Positions 46,470 to 56,853 of a stretch of 64,000 nucleotides of DNA are shown piece after piece (positions within the stretch are counted from its first letter, which is position 1; every line of letters begins with the position of its first letter). The DNA lies in IMG/VR virus record IMGVR_UViG_3300023202_000142, positions 96,001-160,000 of that record; one strand, written 5' to 3'. Below the pieces are notes generated by a model. The model was not told the DNA's origin and did not search any database. It saw only the letters and a program-made list of their open reading frames with translations. The position numbers were made by a program, and so were the translations under genes. Source of the stretch: a virus.

Positions 46470-48565
46470 TGACGAGAAGACTTTTTGCCGGCAAGGATTT
46501 CACGACCGCAGTTGCTGAGGTTAAGTCTCGGTTAACGCGTAAGTTCCCCGAGATTCAGCTCGATTTCACGAACGACCTCACAGCACTGATCGTTGAGGTC
46601 ATCGCGTACTTCTCTGAGAACGTTAACTTTTTCCAGGACCTCCAGGGCGCTGAGACCTATTCGGAGACCGCTCAGCAGGCCAGGTCGGTTCAGCGCATCT
46701 CCGGGTTTTCCGCGTACAACCCACCGGGGGCTGTTCCGGCGTCTGGTGAGGTCTCAGTTTCGTTGCAGGACGTCCTGGTCAATACGGTCCAGATCCAGGA
46801 AGGCCAGGGCTTCACGGCGTCCAACGGGCTGTCCTACGAGGCTGCCGAGGAGGTGCTGTTCAGTCCTGGGGAGACGGGTCCGAAGACGGTGCCCCTTTCG
46901 CAGGTCGAAACTCGGTCGGTGACCTTCCGAAGTGACGGCACGCGGTTTCAGCGGTTCCAGCTCGATGTTCGCGAAGGCGAGTACCTGGCGTTCAGGTCTC
47001 TTGAGGTTCTCGTAGACAACGAGGAGTGGGCGGAGAGCGATGCGTTTCTGGACACCGACACAGATGTTTTTCGGGTCAGTTATATCGGGGATCCGATCGA
47101 ATTGGAGTTCGGCGACGGTGCCGTTGGAGCTGTTCCTCCAGATGGCGCGGAGATCGCAGTGACCTACCGGGTGACTGCCGGCATTGATGGGGCGATTCCT
47201 GAGCCGGGCAGGATCACTGCGGCATCCCCGGGGCTGGTGGCTGGTGGAGAGTCGGTGTCGATCACGATCGACGAGACGACCGGTGTGATGAGTGGCGGCC
47301 GTGAGCCCGAGAGCCCGGTGGTTGTGAAAACCAAAATTCCGCTTGCTGAGCACTCTGATGGGGCGGTGGTAACGCCGCCGGATTTCACGGGTCTCGTTAC
47401 GCGCTTCCGGGATCCGACCTTCGGTGCGATCGCTGCTGCCACTGCGGTCGTCGCTACGGCTATCGAGAATGACCTGTTTTCGGTGCAGTCGCTGGGCAGG
47501 ATGCGCGGGCTGTTTTTCGACGCCGAGGATGTCGTCGATGAGCAGGCTGCGCTGATCCGTCAGGTTCGGACCGATGTCGATGACGCGCTCGACATCATCA
47601 GCGATCTCGCTGCAACGATCCTGGGGCTGTCTGAGGCTGGCGGTGACATCCGGGCGGAGATGGACGATATCCGAGGTCAGCGCGACGGCGCTCAGACATC
47701 GGTGAATAGCGCGAGCAGCGAGATTGACTCGATCCAATCTCTGATTGACGGCATCGGGACCGGGCCTGACGCCCTTACAGACCCAACCAGGGGCACGCTG
47801 ACGACGTCGCTGGCCCTGATCGAATCTCAGCTCGCGGCCATCAAGAGTCAGCTAGCAGCCATCGAGACGTCGACTGAGAACGTCGACGAGTCATCGGAGG
47901 ACGTTGAGACCAATGCGACATCTGTTCAGACGCAGGTCACGATGGCGAAAGGGGAGACGGCAAACATCGAGACGGCGGTTGTGGCGCTGGAGACTGACCT
48001 GGTCGACCCGTGGACCGATGCGATCGACGAGGTCGCCGCGATGGAGGCGCACCTTGATGAGATTTTCGCAGACGACTGTGGTCCCAACCTGGTGTCCGTG
48101 CCCATCCTGGTGCGTGACTCCGATGGATTTTTTGCGGCGCCTTCAGTCGGTTTGATTCGTGCGCTGGAGAGCTATCTTCAGTCCAGGACTGAGCCCTCCG
48201 CTGTGTTTCGCGTGCTTGATGGATCTCTGTTTCTGGTGGCGCCGACGATTCAGATTGTGTTCGAGCCGCTGGCGGGTGAGGTGCCCAGCAAGATCAAGGC
48301 GGCCTACGAGGCAGTGGAGTTGGCGTTCATTAAGACGTTGGATTTCGGTGCGGCGTTGAACCTGGACGACCTGTATGATCAGGCTCGCTCGGTTGGCAGG
48401 GTTGTCTCGGTGAACATCGAGATCACGGATTTCACGGCGAGCAACAATTCGCCGGCCTTCATCGATGCGGAGGGCAACCTGGTCGTTGGTGAGCGAGAAA
48501 TCGTCAATGAGCCGGTGATCGTCTACTTCCGCAAGTTCTCTAACGGCAGCAAGGAGCTGATCTGA
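46466..48565 (+). CDS. Baseplate wedge protein (gp6/J-like) with ~200-aa coiled-coil insertion
   Basis: KDFTTAV, LIVEVIAYFSE, ELEFGDG..G.VP, GGREPES, AVVTPPDF. Confidence 0.9.
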   Translation: MMTRRLFAGKDFTTAVAEVKSRLTRKFPEIQLDFTNDLTALIVEVIAYFSENVNFFQDLQGAETYSETAQQARSVQRISGFSAYNPPGAVPASGEVSVSLQDVLVNTVQIQEGQGFTASNGLSYEAAEEVLFSPGETGPKTVPLSQVETRSVTFRSDGTRFQRFQLDVREGEYLAFRSLEVLVDNEEWAESDAFLDTDTDVFRVSYIGDPIELEFGDGAVGAVPPDGAEIAVTYRVTAGIDGAIPEPGRITAASPGLVAGGESVSITIDETTGVMSGGREPESPVVVKTKIPLAEHSDGAVVTPPDFTGLVTRFRDPTFGAIAAATAVVATAIENDLFSVQSLGRMRGLFFDAEDVVDEQAALIRQVRTDVDDALDIISDLAATILGLSEAGGDIRAEMDDIRGQRDGAQTSVNSASSEIDSIQSLIDGIGTGPDALTDPTRGTLTTSLALIESQLAAIKSQLAAIETSTENVDESSEDVETNATSVQTQVTMAKGETANIETAVVALETDLVDPWTDAIDEVAAMEAHLDEIFADDCGPNLVSVPILVRDSDGFFAAPSVGLIRALESYLQSRTEPSAVFRVLDGSLFLVAPTIQIVFEPLAGEVPSKIKAAYEAVELAFIKTLDFGAALNLDDLYDQARSVGRVVSVNIEITDFTASNNSPAFIDAEGNLVVGEREIVNEPVIVYFRKFSNGSKELI

Positions 48566-49428
48566 TGGCGGCCACGGAAAAACTCCAGCACCCGATTCCA
48601 GAGCAGAACCGACTGGAGTGGTACGATCAGTTCCTTGCGCTGACTGCCAGTCTCGACGAGGCCGATTTCAGTTCCAGGGATGACCGCAACGTGGTCATCT
48701 TCGGCGGGGGCACCTTCACGTTCTCGGAGAGCGGCCGGGTGAACTGGACGCAGGCCGTAACGTTCAGGCACGGTTCTTCCGGGTACAACGGAATCCTTCC
48801 GCTGGACGACGATACCGGAATCACCATGGAGGACGGCGACTGGGTCTACGTTGACCTGGTCAGGGGCCCTGCTGGCGAATACCCGTTGACGCCATACAAG
48901 ACGTCTGGCGCACTGCCGGCAACCAACAAGGCGTACGCGTTCATGGCTCGCCTTGGCGATGTCCTGTGGATTCGTCATCTCGGGTTTGTACTTCTTGGTG
49001 GTGCGATCTCGACGACGTCGACGGTAATCAATTCGGGGGAGAAGCTGATTAGCGTGGTCCCTTTCGTTCAGAAGGGCGTGCAAGGGAGTGACCTGCAACT
49101 CCTCGGCAGGTTTCGGCTCAGTACCGATGACTATGAGATCGCGAACGCAACGATGAGCTTGAACCTCCGGGTTGAGGTCCAGGTATCGGAGGACGAACTG
49201 ACAGGAGACGTAGAGTTCTACGATGCGACGTCTGGGGATGTTCTGAAGGCGTCGACGACGGTGACGTCGGAGCAACCTGTCCAGTTCGAGGCTACGTTCG
49301 TTGCGGAGGGTGGCGGTGACAGGGTGTACGAACTTCGAGCGGGACTGGACCCCGAGGAGGGCCCGTATGACCCGGATCAGGAGATCATCGTCTGGCACGC
49401 GGCCGTAGAGGTCATCAACACGTTCTAG
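48565..49428 (+). CDS. Hypothetical baseplate/tail structural protein
   Basis: Overlapping start, beta-rich. Confidence 0.7.
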   Translation: MAATEKLQHPIPEQNRLEWYDQFLALTASLDEADFSSRDDRNVVIFGGGTFTFSESGRVNWTQAVTFRHGSSGYNGILPLDDDTGITMEDGDWVYVDLVRGPAGEYPLTPYKTSGALPATNKAYAFMARLGDVLWIRHLGFVLLGGAISTTSTVINSGEKLISVVPFVQKGVQGSDLQLLGRFRLSTDDYEIANATMSLNLRVEVQVSEDELTGDVEFYDATSGDVLKASTTVTSEQPVQFEATFVAEGGGDRVYELRAGLDPEEGPYDPDQEIIVWHAAVEVINTF

Positions 49429-49436
49429 GAGCTATC

Positions 49437-50138
49437 GTGGCTAGCACATCGATTGTCCCGTTCTTGATTCAGCAAGAGGTCGAGGGCGGCAACCAGTTCA
49501 CCGGGGCGACGCCTGCCACCGGCCCCGAGATCGAAGGCGTGGTTTTCCGGTACAAGAACCGGAATGAGGGTGGCGCCTTTTGTTTCACGAATCGTCGATT
49601 CATGTCGGTGCGCCGCATCATGGTCGACTTCAAGGATGCGCAGACCTGGAAGATCGAGGTCGAGCACACCGACACAGTTCAGACGCGGACTTTGCTTTTC
49701 GAGGGGCAGTCTCAGGTGGTGACGTTCGAGGTCACCGGCGGTACCGATGGTCTCTACACTATCACGATCGATGGCGTGAACTATCAGCACAGCGCGTCGG
49801 GTCAAACCGCCACCCAGATTTCGGATGCCCTCCTGGCGCTGATTGACGTGGACCTTTCGGCTGACGAAGGCCGATTCGTATCGGTCTCTGGAGCAATCAT
49901 TACGCTCGTTTCGGTTGAGGGCTCGTCGTTCGGTGTGGCTTCGACTGGAGACCCGATTACAGCGACAGAGACGCAGACGAGTGATGGGGAGGACTCGAAG
50001 CAGCGGTTCGACGCTGTGAATCTCGACCTTGCCCCGGGCGAGAACATCCTGGTTACGACGACAGGTGCAACTGAACTGTTGCTCGCCGAGGTGCTCGCGT
50101 TTCCGACCCGGCAGCTTCTAGCAAACACAGGAGGATGA
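49437..50138 (+). CDS. Hypothetical structural protein
   Basis: AGGAG RBS, GTG start. Confidence 0.65.
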   Translation: MASTSIVPFLIQQEVEGGNQFTGATPATGPEIEGVVFRYKNRNEGGAFCFTNRRFMSVRRIMVDFKDAQTWKIEVEHTDTVQTRTLLFEGQSQVVTFEVTGGTDGLYTITIDGVNYQHSASGQTATQISDALLALIDVDLSADEGRFVSVSGAIITLVSVEGSSFGVASTGDPITATETQTSDGEDSKQRFDAVNLDLAPGENILVTTTGATELLLAEVLAFPTRQLLANTGG

Positions 50139-50139
50139 G

Positions 50140-50556
50140 ATGTCCCAGTGGGGCCGAATCAAATTGAACATGGCGGCCGGCAACGATTTCACCAACGCGG
50201 AGTCGGATGTGGAGCCCGAGGAGGATCAGGGCGAGCTACGTACCTATTTGGGTATGACGCAGGGCGGGATTTTCGACCTCAGCTTCATTCAGGCGTCCGT
50301 GCTGGAGATCAAGCGCTTGGTCATCGAGGCTGGAGACGCTGCTACCTGGGAACTTCAGCTCGAAGTGACGCGCGAGGGTGGTACAGAGATTCGCACTCTG
50401 GTGCAGAATACGGATTTCAGTGGGTCGCCCAACCAGCAGGTCTGGTACCCCACTGAGGCGATTGTTGTTGATCAGGCGCATGGCGACAAGCTGGTCCTCA
50501 TTACAACAGCAGCGTCTGAGCTGATGTTGGCTGACCTTCTTGTGTCGAGCTGGTAG
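50140..50556 (+). CDS. Hypothetical structural protein
   Basis: GGAGG RBS; resembles the N-terminal half of the preceding protein in layout. Confidence 0.6.
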   Translation: MSQWGRIKLNMAAGNDFTNAESDVEPEEDQGELRTYLGMTQGGIFDLSFIQASVLEIKRLVIEAGDAATWELQLEVTREGGTEIRTLVQNTDFSGSPNQQVWYPTEAIVVDQAHGDKLVLITTAASELMLADLLVSSW

Positions 50557-50569
50557 TTCAGGAGTCTAG

Positions 50570-53371
50570 GTGGCTGAGTACGGTTTCGGCTACGGGCCCT
50601 TCGGGGCGGGGCCTTTCGGGCGCGCGCATACGTCAAAGGATGCGTTGTGGCGTCGCTCGATCCCTCTGCGTGAGAAGCAGGATGACGCCGAGAATGACAA
50701 CCATCTGGAGCGGTATCTCGAAGTAGCGGCTGAGGCACTGGATCGTATCCTGGAGACCGCCTGGGGGTTTCCCGAGCAGATCGACCCTGTAACTGCCCGA
50801 TCTGGTCAGGAGTACTCAGAAAGCTTGACGCTCATCGACATTGAAGATCTCGGAGCCGGTGTGGTGCGTGTGACGGTCGACCCGTCACAGACCGAGATCG
50901 TCGAGATCATGTTCGGGGCTTCGACGGATCCTGATACCGATAACCTCAGACAGGACGGCTGGGTCGCCTCGGTTGATGGTTTTGACATCTTCCAGATCTC
51001 CAGGGTCAGGGCCTACGATGAGGAGTCCGACCCCGTAGGTGCGGCAACATTGGATGTCGTGACGAATCGCGAGATCACGTCGCCGCTGGAGGTCAGGCCG
51101 CCGGACATCCTGTTTCGGCTGGCGTCGAACTTCGCTCCGACTGTCGATCGCGCTGACCCGCCGGATTACTCTCGGCGCGCCCTGTATCGGCACCGGCTGA
51201 TCCGCGACCTCAAGGTCTCGACGCGTCTTTTCGAGTTGCTTGGTGCGATCTATGGCTTCGACGTCGAGGTCAGCGGCCTCTATTGCATCTCGGAAGCCTG
51301 GTACAACGCGCTGCTCGAAACGGATCCGTTGAATGCGTTTGAGCTGCCAGAGGGGTCTGGCAAGTACTTCACTGACATTCCGCTCTTCGGCCACCTCTAC
51401 GACCAGGTGCCTGCCGATGTCATTCCGGCTGATCTGCAGACGGACGCAGATTTTGCCATTGAGATTGGCCCTGCGGTAGAGGTCTCCGAGAACCGCTGGT
51501 GCTTCCAGGTAACCCCCGATGAACTAGATCGGGTGTTGGCACTGGGCTTCTGGCAGATCGTCGATGCTGATGGCGTCGCGCATTATATCGAGGAGGTCAA
51601 CCTATCGGAGCCGGTGACGGCCGAAGATACCGGGGTCGTGTCGACTGGGAGCAGGGGCCCGTACTCGCTTGTGGCTGACCGACCGCCGATGAGCGCGGGA
51701 TCGCTGGTCGTGACGTGGACCGACAAGGATCTAGTCACGAGGACAGCGACAGACGACGGAGTTGGCGCGCTGACGGGGGATGGGACGGGCACCGTCGACT
51801 ACACGACCGGCGATATCGAGATCACCACAGACGAGTTCACGGACGGTGGTACGCCGTCTGACTGGATTCCATCTGACAGCCCGATTGCGGGGCTTCCCTG
51901 GAATGACGCCTATGTGGTGGAGCCGGCCTCGACCGCCAACCCCAAGGGCGGCTCTGGCGCCTTTGACCCCGATGAGCCGTTTGTCGGGTGGATGGCTGGT
52001 GATGATGGGTATTTGGCTTTCACGGTGGATGGCGGCCAGACATGGGAAACCGACCCGGACTTTCCCTTCACCGAGGACGAACTGAACGGCGTCGACGGCG
52101 ATTTCGACACCACGGCGGGGTCAGACGTCACAGTCTGGGTTGTTGGCGAAGACAGGCTCAGCCAGGCCCTCCCTGGGGGCGTCTGGTATTGGTCTTATGA
52201 CAATGAGGTGTGGACGGAGGTTACGCATTCGGTTCCTTCTGGTTGGCGTGATGTCGCGGCCTTCGACGGGAGTAGCGGGGTTCTGTCGATTCTCGCCGTT
52301 GGGTACGGCGGTGAGATGGCGTATTACGACGGCACCACGATGTTGGCTACGGGGGCAGGAACCACAGCTAATGACCTCAATGCCGCGTCCATGGAGGACT
52401 CCGCGGCGCACCAGACGTTTGTTGTTGGTGACTCTGGCACCCTTCTGGAGGTCACCGCATGGGGTACTGTGGGGGACTTCGCAACGGCGACATGGACGGA
52501 CCAGTCGTCGGCGCTAGGCGGTGGTATCGCTGATGACCTTCGTGACATCTCGTTTCTGACGACTGATGCGGCAAAGGGCATCCTTGTCGGCGACAATAGT
52601 CAGGTCTGGATTACAACGGACAACGGCGCGACCTGGTCTTCGGTTGCAACGGGGTTTTCGAAGGATTGGGTCGCGTGCTTCTGGCAGGGCGCGACGGCCG
52701 GTGATTTCATTGTTCTTGCTGCAGATGACGGTACAGTCATTGTGTCCGTCGACCAGGGTTCGAGTTGGTCGACCTCAGACATTCCCGTGTTTGGGGACAC
52801 CCTGATCGGGGGCGCCGTTAAGGACATTGTCAATGGCACCGCGCACCCCTACGGCGTTCTGGTCGGGTCCAATGGGACGACCTGGTATTACGCCGAGGAT
52901 GGCAGGATCCCGGTGGCTGATTCTGGGAGTCCCTTTCTGCTCGACTACACGATCGACGAGGTCTGTGTCATCTCCGATGGGGCTCCTGTTGCGGGGTCGG
53001 GTTTCCTGCGGGCTCAGGCCCAGTTCTTATGCAACAGGGATTATCGGCCCGCGGCGGTGTATCGCATTGTCGCTGAGCCCGATGAGGTGCTCACCGAACC
53101 TGGCGCCGTTGTTACGAACCTCGTTGACCGCATCGAGGAGAAGCTGCGACTCTATGTGCCGATTCACATCCGGCTTACCGAGTTCGTCGTGTTCCAGGTC
53201 GCGACAGTGGATCTGTTCGGAGACAGTTTCTCGCTCAGCGGTGAGGATTTCATCCTGGATGAGGCCGAGGCGGATGCGATTGGTGGAACTAGATTTGATA
53301 CGACGCCGGCAGATGTTGAGCCGCTGGACGAAGGCGCATTCTTCCTCGAAGGTACGTTGACGATTACGTAG
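50570..53371 (+). CDS. Baseplate wedge protein (gp7/tail I-like) carrying an Asp-box beta-propeller
   Basis: LERYL..L..I..F..IDP..RLASNF pattern; TVDGGQTW, TTDNGATW, SVDQGSSW. Confidence 0.75.
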   Translation: MAEYGFGYGPFGAGPFGRAHTSKDALWRRSIPLREKQDDAENDNHLERYLEVAAEALDRILETAWGFPEQIDPVTARSGQEYSESLTLIDIEDLGAGVVRVTVDPSQTEIVEIMFGASTDPDTDNLRQDGWVASVDGFDIFQISRVRAYDEESDPVGAATLDVVTNREITSPLEVRPPDILFRLASNFAPTVDRADPPDYSRRALYRHRLIRDLKVSTRLFELLGAIYGFDVEVSGLYCISEAWYNALLETDPLNAFELPEGSGKYFTDIPLFGHLYDQVPADVIPADLQTDADFAIEIGPAVEVSENRWCFQVTPDELDRVLALGFWQIVDADGVAHYIEEVNLSEPVTAEDTGVVSTGSRGPYSLVADRPPMSAGSLVVTWTDKDLVTRTATDDGVGALTGDGTGTVDYTTGDIEITTDEFTDGGTPSDWIPSDSPIAGLPWNDAYVVEPASTANPKGGSGAFDPDEPFVGWMAGDDGYLAFTVDGGQTWETDPDFPFTEDELNGVDGDFDTTAGSDVTVWVVGEDRLSQALPGGVWYWSYDNEVWTEVTHSVPSGWRDVAAFDGSSGVLSILAVGYGGEMAYYDGTTMLATGAGTTANDLNAASMEDSAAHQTFVVGDSGTLLEVTAWGTVGDFATATWTDQSSALGGGIADDLRDISFLTTDAAKGILVGDNSQVWITTDNGATWSSVATGFSKDWVACFWQGATAGDFIVLAADDGTVIVSVDQGSSWSTSDIPVFGDTLIGGAVKDIVNGTAHPYGVLVGSNGTTWYYAEDGRIPVADSGSPFLLDYTIDEVCVISDGAPVAGSGFLRAQAQFLCNRDYRPAAVYRIVAEPDEVLTEPGAVVTNLVDRIEEKLRLYVPIHIRLTEFVVFQVATVDLFGDSFSLSGEDFILDEAEADAIGGTRFDTTPADVEPLDEGAFFLEGTLTIT

Positions 53372-53423
53372 GCCGGTGATTCTGCACAGGCGCTGTGCTA
53401 CAAAATGACGCGAAGGAGCATGG

Positions 53424-53939
53424 ATGGCACTGCGAGCTGCACTGACAGATCTGGGTAGAGAGTACCTGGCGCGTTTCATGGCGACGTATGACGACATCGC
53501 CGTCAATGATGGGTATCGCATCTTCCACTCCGTGAAGTGGGGTGAGGGTGGATTTCAGACAGTCTCAGGCATCGATGTTCCGAAGGATCCGAACCTGTTC
53601 GTGGCCAACACGGATCTGGAGATCATTGAGAACCCCGGGCTGTACACGCCGTATGACTATGCTTCCGGCCTCATTCCGATCGATCTGACGACGGAGGTGA
53701 TCTACACGGGCGGCGCGAACCAGAAGTTCAGGATCATTGCTCATCTCGATTCGTCAGAAGAAAATGACGATGGCTTCGGATCGAACCCGAGGTTCTTTGA
53801 GATCGGAATCTTCGATAACGCGCTCGCAACTGGTGTGGATGTCGCGGATCACATGATCGTGTACTGCACCTTCGATGGCTTTCTGAAAACGAACACTCGC
53901 ACGATCGATGTCGCCATCGACGTGCCTATGGCTCCATGA
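53424..53939 (+). CDS. Tail-collar/fibre attachment protein (P2 gpH N-terminal-like)
   Basis: LTDLGREYLA, VKWGEGG, FFEIGIFD..MIVYCTF. Confidence 0.65.
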   Translation: MALRAALTDLGREYLARFMATYDDIAVNDGYRIFHSVKWGEGGFQTVSGIDVPKDPNLFVANTDLEIIENPGLYTPYDYASGLIPIDLTTEVIYTGGANQKFRIIAHLDSSEENDDGFGSNPRFFEIGIFDNALATGVDVADHMIVYCTFDGFLKTNTRTIDVAIDVPMAP

Positions 53940-53946
53940 GGGACTC

Positions 53947-56850
53947 ATGACGATTCACGTAACGTCGGCGATCGACATCACCAAGGTGAAGACCAGGTGG
54001 GAGGAGCCTTATGTCTCTGAGGCGATCGACAAGATGATGTCGGTGCTCGGAAAAGGGGTTCACCATGGTTTCAGAATGACGTCGGACGGCGGCCAGATCG
54101 TCCGTCTGAGCCATGACACCGAGTACGGAGACTCCCTTGCCCTGATCCTCGACGAGAACCTCGGGCAGGCGTTTGAGTACCGCGAAGACACCGAGGCGAC
54201 CCTGGACCTCACACCTGTTAGCGCGGGTACTCGCGCCTGGGTGTTCTTGTTCGTTGACTACAGCGTTGGTGTCGCGACAACCGCGGAGGTCAGGGTCGCT
54301 GATGCTGCGGAGCTGGCAAACCCCTGGGTCAACCAGGCCCTGCCCCTCGGGACCGTTCGAAAGCCGTCGGCGGGCGCAATTGGTGACGGCGATATCGATC
54401 ATGGTTCCGGTGAATGGCTCGGTCTCGCCGGTGGGGATTCTTCACGCTGGGTTTCGGTTCATCAAAATGTCTATTTCGAGAAGGGCTTGGCCGGCTTTGA
54501 GTTGGGCGGAGCTGGTGTGTCCAGCTATCCGTTCGCTCAGGCGGACTATGTCACGATGGTGGGCGTCGGTGACTCTTATAAGGGTGATCGTGCCGCCAGG
54601 CTTGGGGATACTTCTGGTGCCCAGCCTTCGCCGGACACCGGCGAGCTAAGGATTGAGCTTCCACAGCTCCTGGAAAATGACATCGTATTCTGGCGGTTCA
54701 GAGCCAAGGCCGCTTCGGTCACCAATGGGGGCATCCTCCGAGTAGCGCTGGGCGCTTACTTCGACGAGACGATTCTTGACGCTGATCTCGGCTCCTATGA
54801 GCAGTTCGGGTATGCCGTCGAGATTACGTCGGATGCGGATGATCAGTCGCTGGACATCATCGCGGACCTCACCGCGGGCGTGACGGCGACCGGGCATTTC
54901 GACATCGATGAGGTCGAGGTCTACATTTTCCGGCCCACGGGGACTGTGGCTGCTGGCAACATGGACGTCGCAGGGCGATTCCTGATGGCTGATGCCGGCG
55001 GGTTCACCGCTCGTCTTGGGGCAGACTTCGGTTCCTGGAACCTCTCAGACGCCAACGCGTCCTTCGATATCACGGATGCCGCTGATGGCGGCCGGTTCGC
55101 CGATATTCCGGTCGGAACCACGTTGTCGCTTGTCGCTGGACTGAATCACGCGCTGCGCGGAGGTGGGGCCGCTATGGACCTCATGCATCCTAAAGCGGTG
55201 TTTGAGGGTGGCGAGGTCACCGATGGGACCAGTGGCGGTGCGAACGTCGATGTCTCGGCTCTCAAGGTTCGGACCGCTGCGTTGAGCCCCACCGTGGCTG
55301 GCGCTGTTGATCGCTACTACGAGCAGGATGCTGTAGTAGATCTTGCTCTCCCGGTCACATCTGGTGTCGAGGAGTTCTTCGTCACCTGGGACCCGAACGC
55401 AGAAGACTTCGTGGCCTACTTGACGTCTGATGTGACGTTCAGCTCCAACGAGGATGTTGTGATCCTCGCATATGTCGAGCACGACGGTGGTACGGGGCTA
55501 AATACTCGAATCATCGAGATGCAGGACTTCATCACCGATCTGGAGCGCAAGACGCCCATCACCGTGGGCGCAAGTGCCAACGCTCGCTTCTCTTCGTTGG
55601 AGGGCGCGCTTCGGATGGCCGATCAGTCGGGCTTCACCGGTACGAAAGAGATCGTAGTCACCGGGACGACAACCCTCGGGACGTCTTCAGGGATTGAGAA
55701 CGCACAGGCAACGATTCCAGTGCCGGACGGCATCGTGGTTCGGGGCGCCGGGGATGCGCGCGTCTCGGTATCCAGGACCTGGTATGACCCGACAGTCTCC
55801 CCGAAGGTCATTTTCGACCTTCCCGATGGTGGCGATGTCGTGTTCCGAGACCTTCTTTTCACGGTCGGGAATGGCACCGAGGGCGACATCGTCCTGTTCT
55901 CCAGCGCTGGTAACCCCAGGAAGGTGACGATCGCGAATGTTGAGGTCGAGATGACGGGCTCACAAGCTCTGTGGCGTGTCATCGACTGTGTGCCCACGCG
56001 GGCCCTCACGGTCCGGGACTGTTATTTCCAGTGCCGGTCTAGCACTGTAGGCACTCAGGCTTCCGATGCCGATGCTGCGTGCATCTGGATCGAAAACACT
56101 GCTCCGAACGCAGAGCTTGCGATCCTCATCGACGGCTGCTCGTTCGGTGGTGACGATCTCGGTGACGGCTTCACGTCGAGCGCCCAGGCGCTTCACATCG
56201 TCAGTGACACCTTGGGCGCCGATAACGTGACCACGATTCACATCACGAACACTCGTTTTCTGGAGGCCGATCTTCCGGTGGATCTCGACGGCCGGGTGAT
56301 CATGGACAACGTGTTCTCGTTGGTTCCGATTCATATCGATGCGGACAGCCAGGACATCTCTGTGGGGAACGTCGTGATGGATCTCTCGGAGTACGAGGGC
56401 CGCGCTGCTGCCCCGTCGTCAGAAGCTTTCAAGATCAGCTTCGCGAATCGAGGCACTGTGGCGAACGTGTCAATCAACGCGCCCAACTCTCCGGTGTCCT
56501 GGCAGGGGCTGGACCTCCCTTCATCCAGTGGATTAACGATCTCGAACATCAGCATCAAGCACGCGGACGGTGATGCGGTAGAGGTGTTCGGCTCGGAGAA
56601 CGTTGTGAGGGGCCTGAACTGTGAGAGCACCGGTGCAGATGCAGGTCGCAGCGGGCTTTCCGGCACTGCATCGCGGCTCGTAGCGGTCGGTGGGTATTTC
56701 GATGGGTATGCCGCTGATGCGGCGATCGACGCTTCGAACTTCACTGATTCCGTGATCTCCGAGATGGTGTTTCAGCAGGGTGGCGGAACGCCGCCCTACA
56801 TCTCATCTATCGGGGCCAACCAGACCGGCAACACCTACGAAGTGGCATAA
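53947..56850 (+). CDS. Tail fibre/tailspike with carbohydrate-binding-like region and C-terminal parallel beta-helix (start reassigned from 53908)
   Basis: Repeating V.I.N/V.F.D strands in the last ~400 aa; follows collar gene. Confidence 0.75.
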   Translation: MTIHVTSAIDITKVKTRWEEPYVSEAIDKMMSVLGKGVHHGFRMTSDGGQIVRLSHDTEYGDSLALILDENLGQAFEYREDTEATLDLTPVSAGTRAWVFLFVDYSVGVATTAEVRVADAAELANPWVNQALPLGTVRKPSAGAIGDGDIDHGSGEWLGLAGGDSSRWVSVHQNVYFEKGLAGFELGGAGVSSYPFAQADYVTMVGVGDSYKGDRAARLGDTSGAQPSPDTGELRIELPQLLENDIVFWRFRAKAASVTNGGILRVALGAYFDETILDADLGSYEQFGYAVEITSDADDQSLDIIADLTAGVTATGHFDIDEVEVYIFRPTGTVAAGNMDVAGRFLMADAGGFTARLGADFGSWNLSDANASFDITDAADGGRFADIPVGTTLSLVAGLNHALRGGGAAMDLMHPKAVFEGGEVTDGTSGGANVDVSALKVRTAALSPTVAGAVDRYYEQDAVVDLALPVTSGVEEFFVTWDPNAEDFVAYLTSDVTFSSNEDVVILAYVEHDGGTGLNTRIIEMQDFITDLERKTPITVGASANARFSSLEGALRMADQSGFTGTKEIVVTGTTTLGTSSGIENAQATIPVPDGIVVRGAGDARVSVSRTWYDPTVSPKVIFDLPDGGDVVFRDLLFTVGNGTEGDIVLFSSAGNPRKVTIANVEVEMTGSQALWRVIDCVPTRALTVRDCYFQCRSSTVGTQASDADAACIWIENTAPNAELAILIDGCSFGGDDLGDGFTSSAQALHIVSDTLGADNVTTIHITNTRFLEADLPVDLDGRVIMDNVFSLVPIHIDADSQDISVGNVVMDLSEYEGRAAAPSSEAFKISFANRGTVANVSINAPNSPVSWQGLDLPSSSGLTISNISIKHADGDAVEVFGSENVVRGLNCESTGADAGRSGLSGTASRLVAVGGYFDGYAADAAIDASNFTDSVISEMVFQQGGGTPPYISSIGANQTGNTYEVA

Positions 56851-56853
56851 CGG

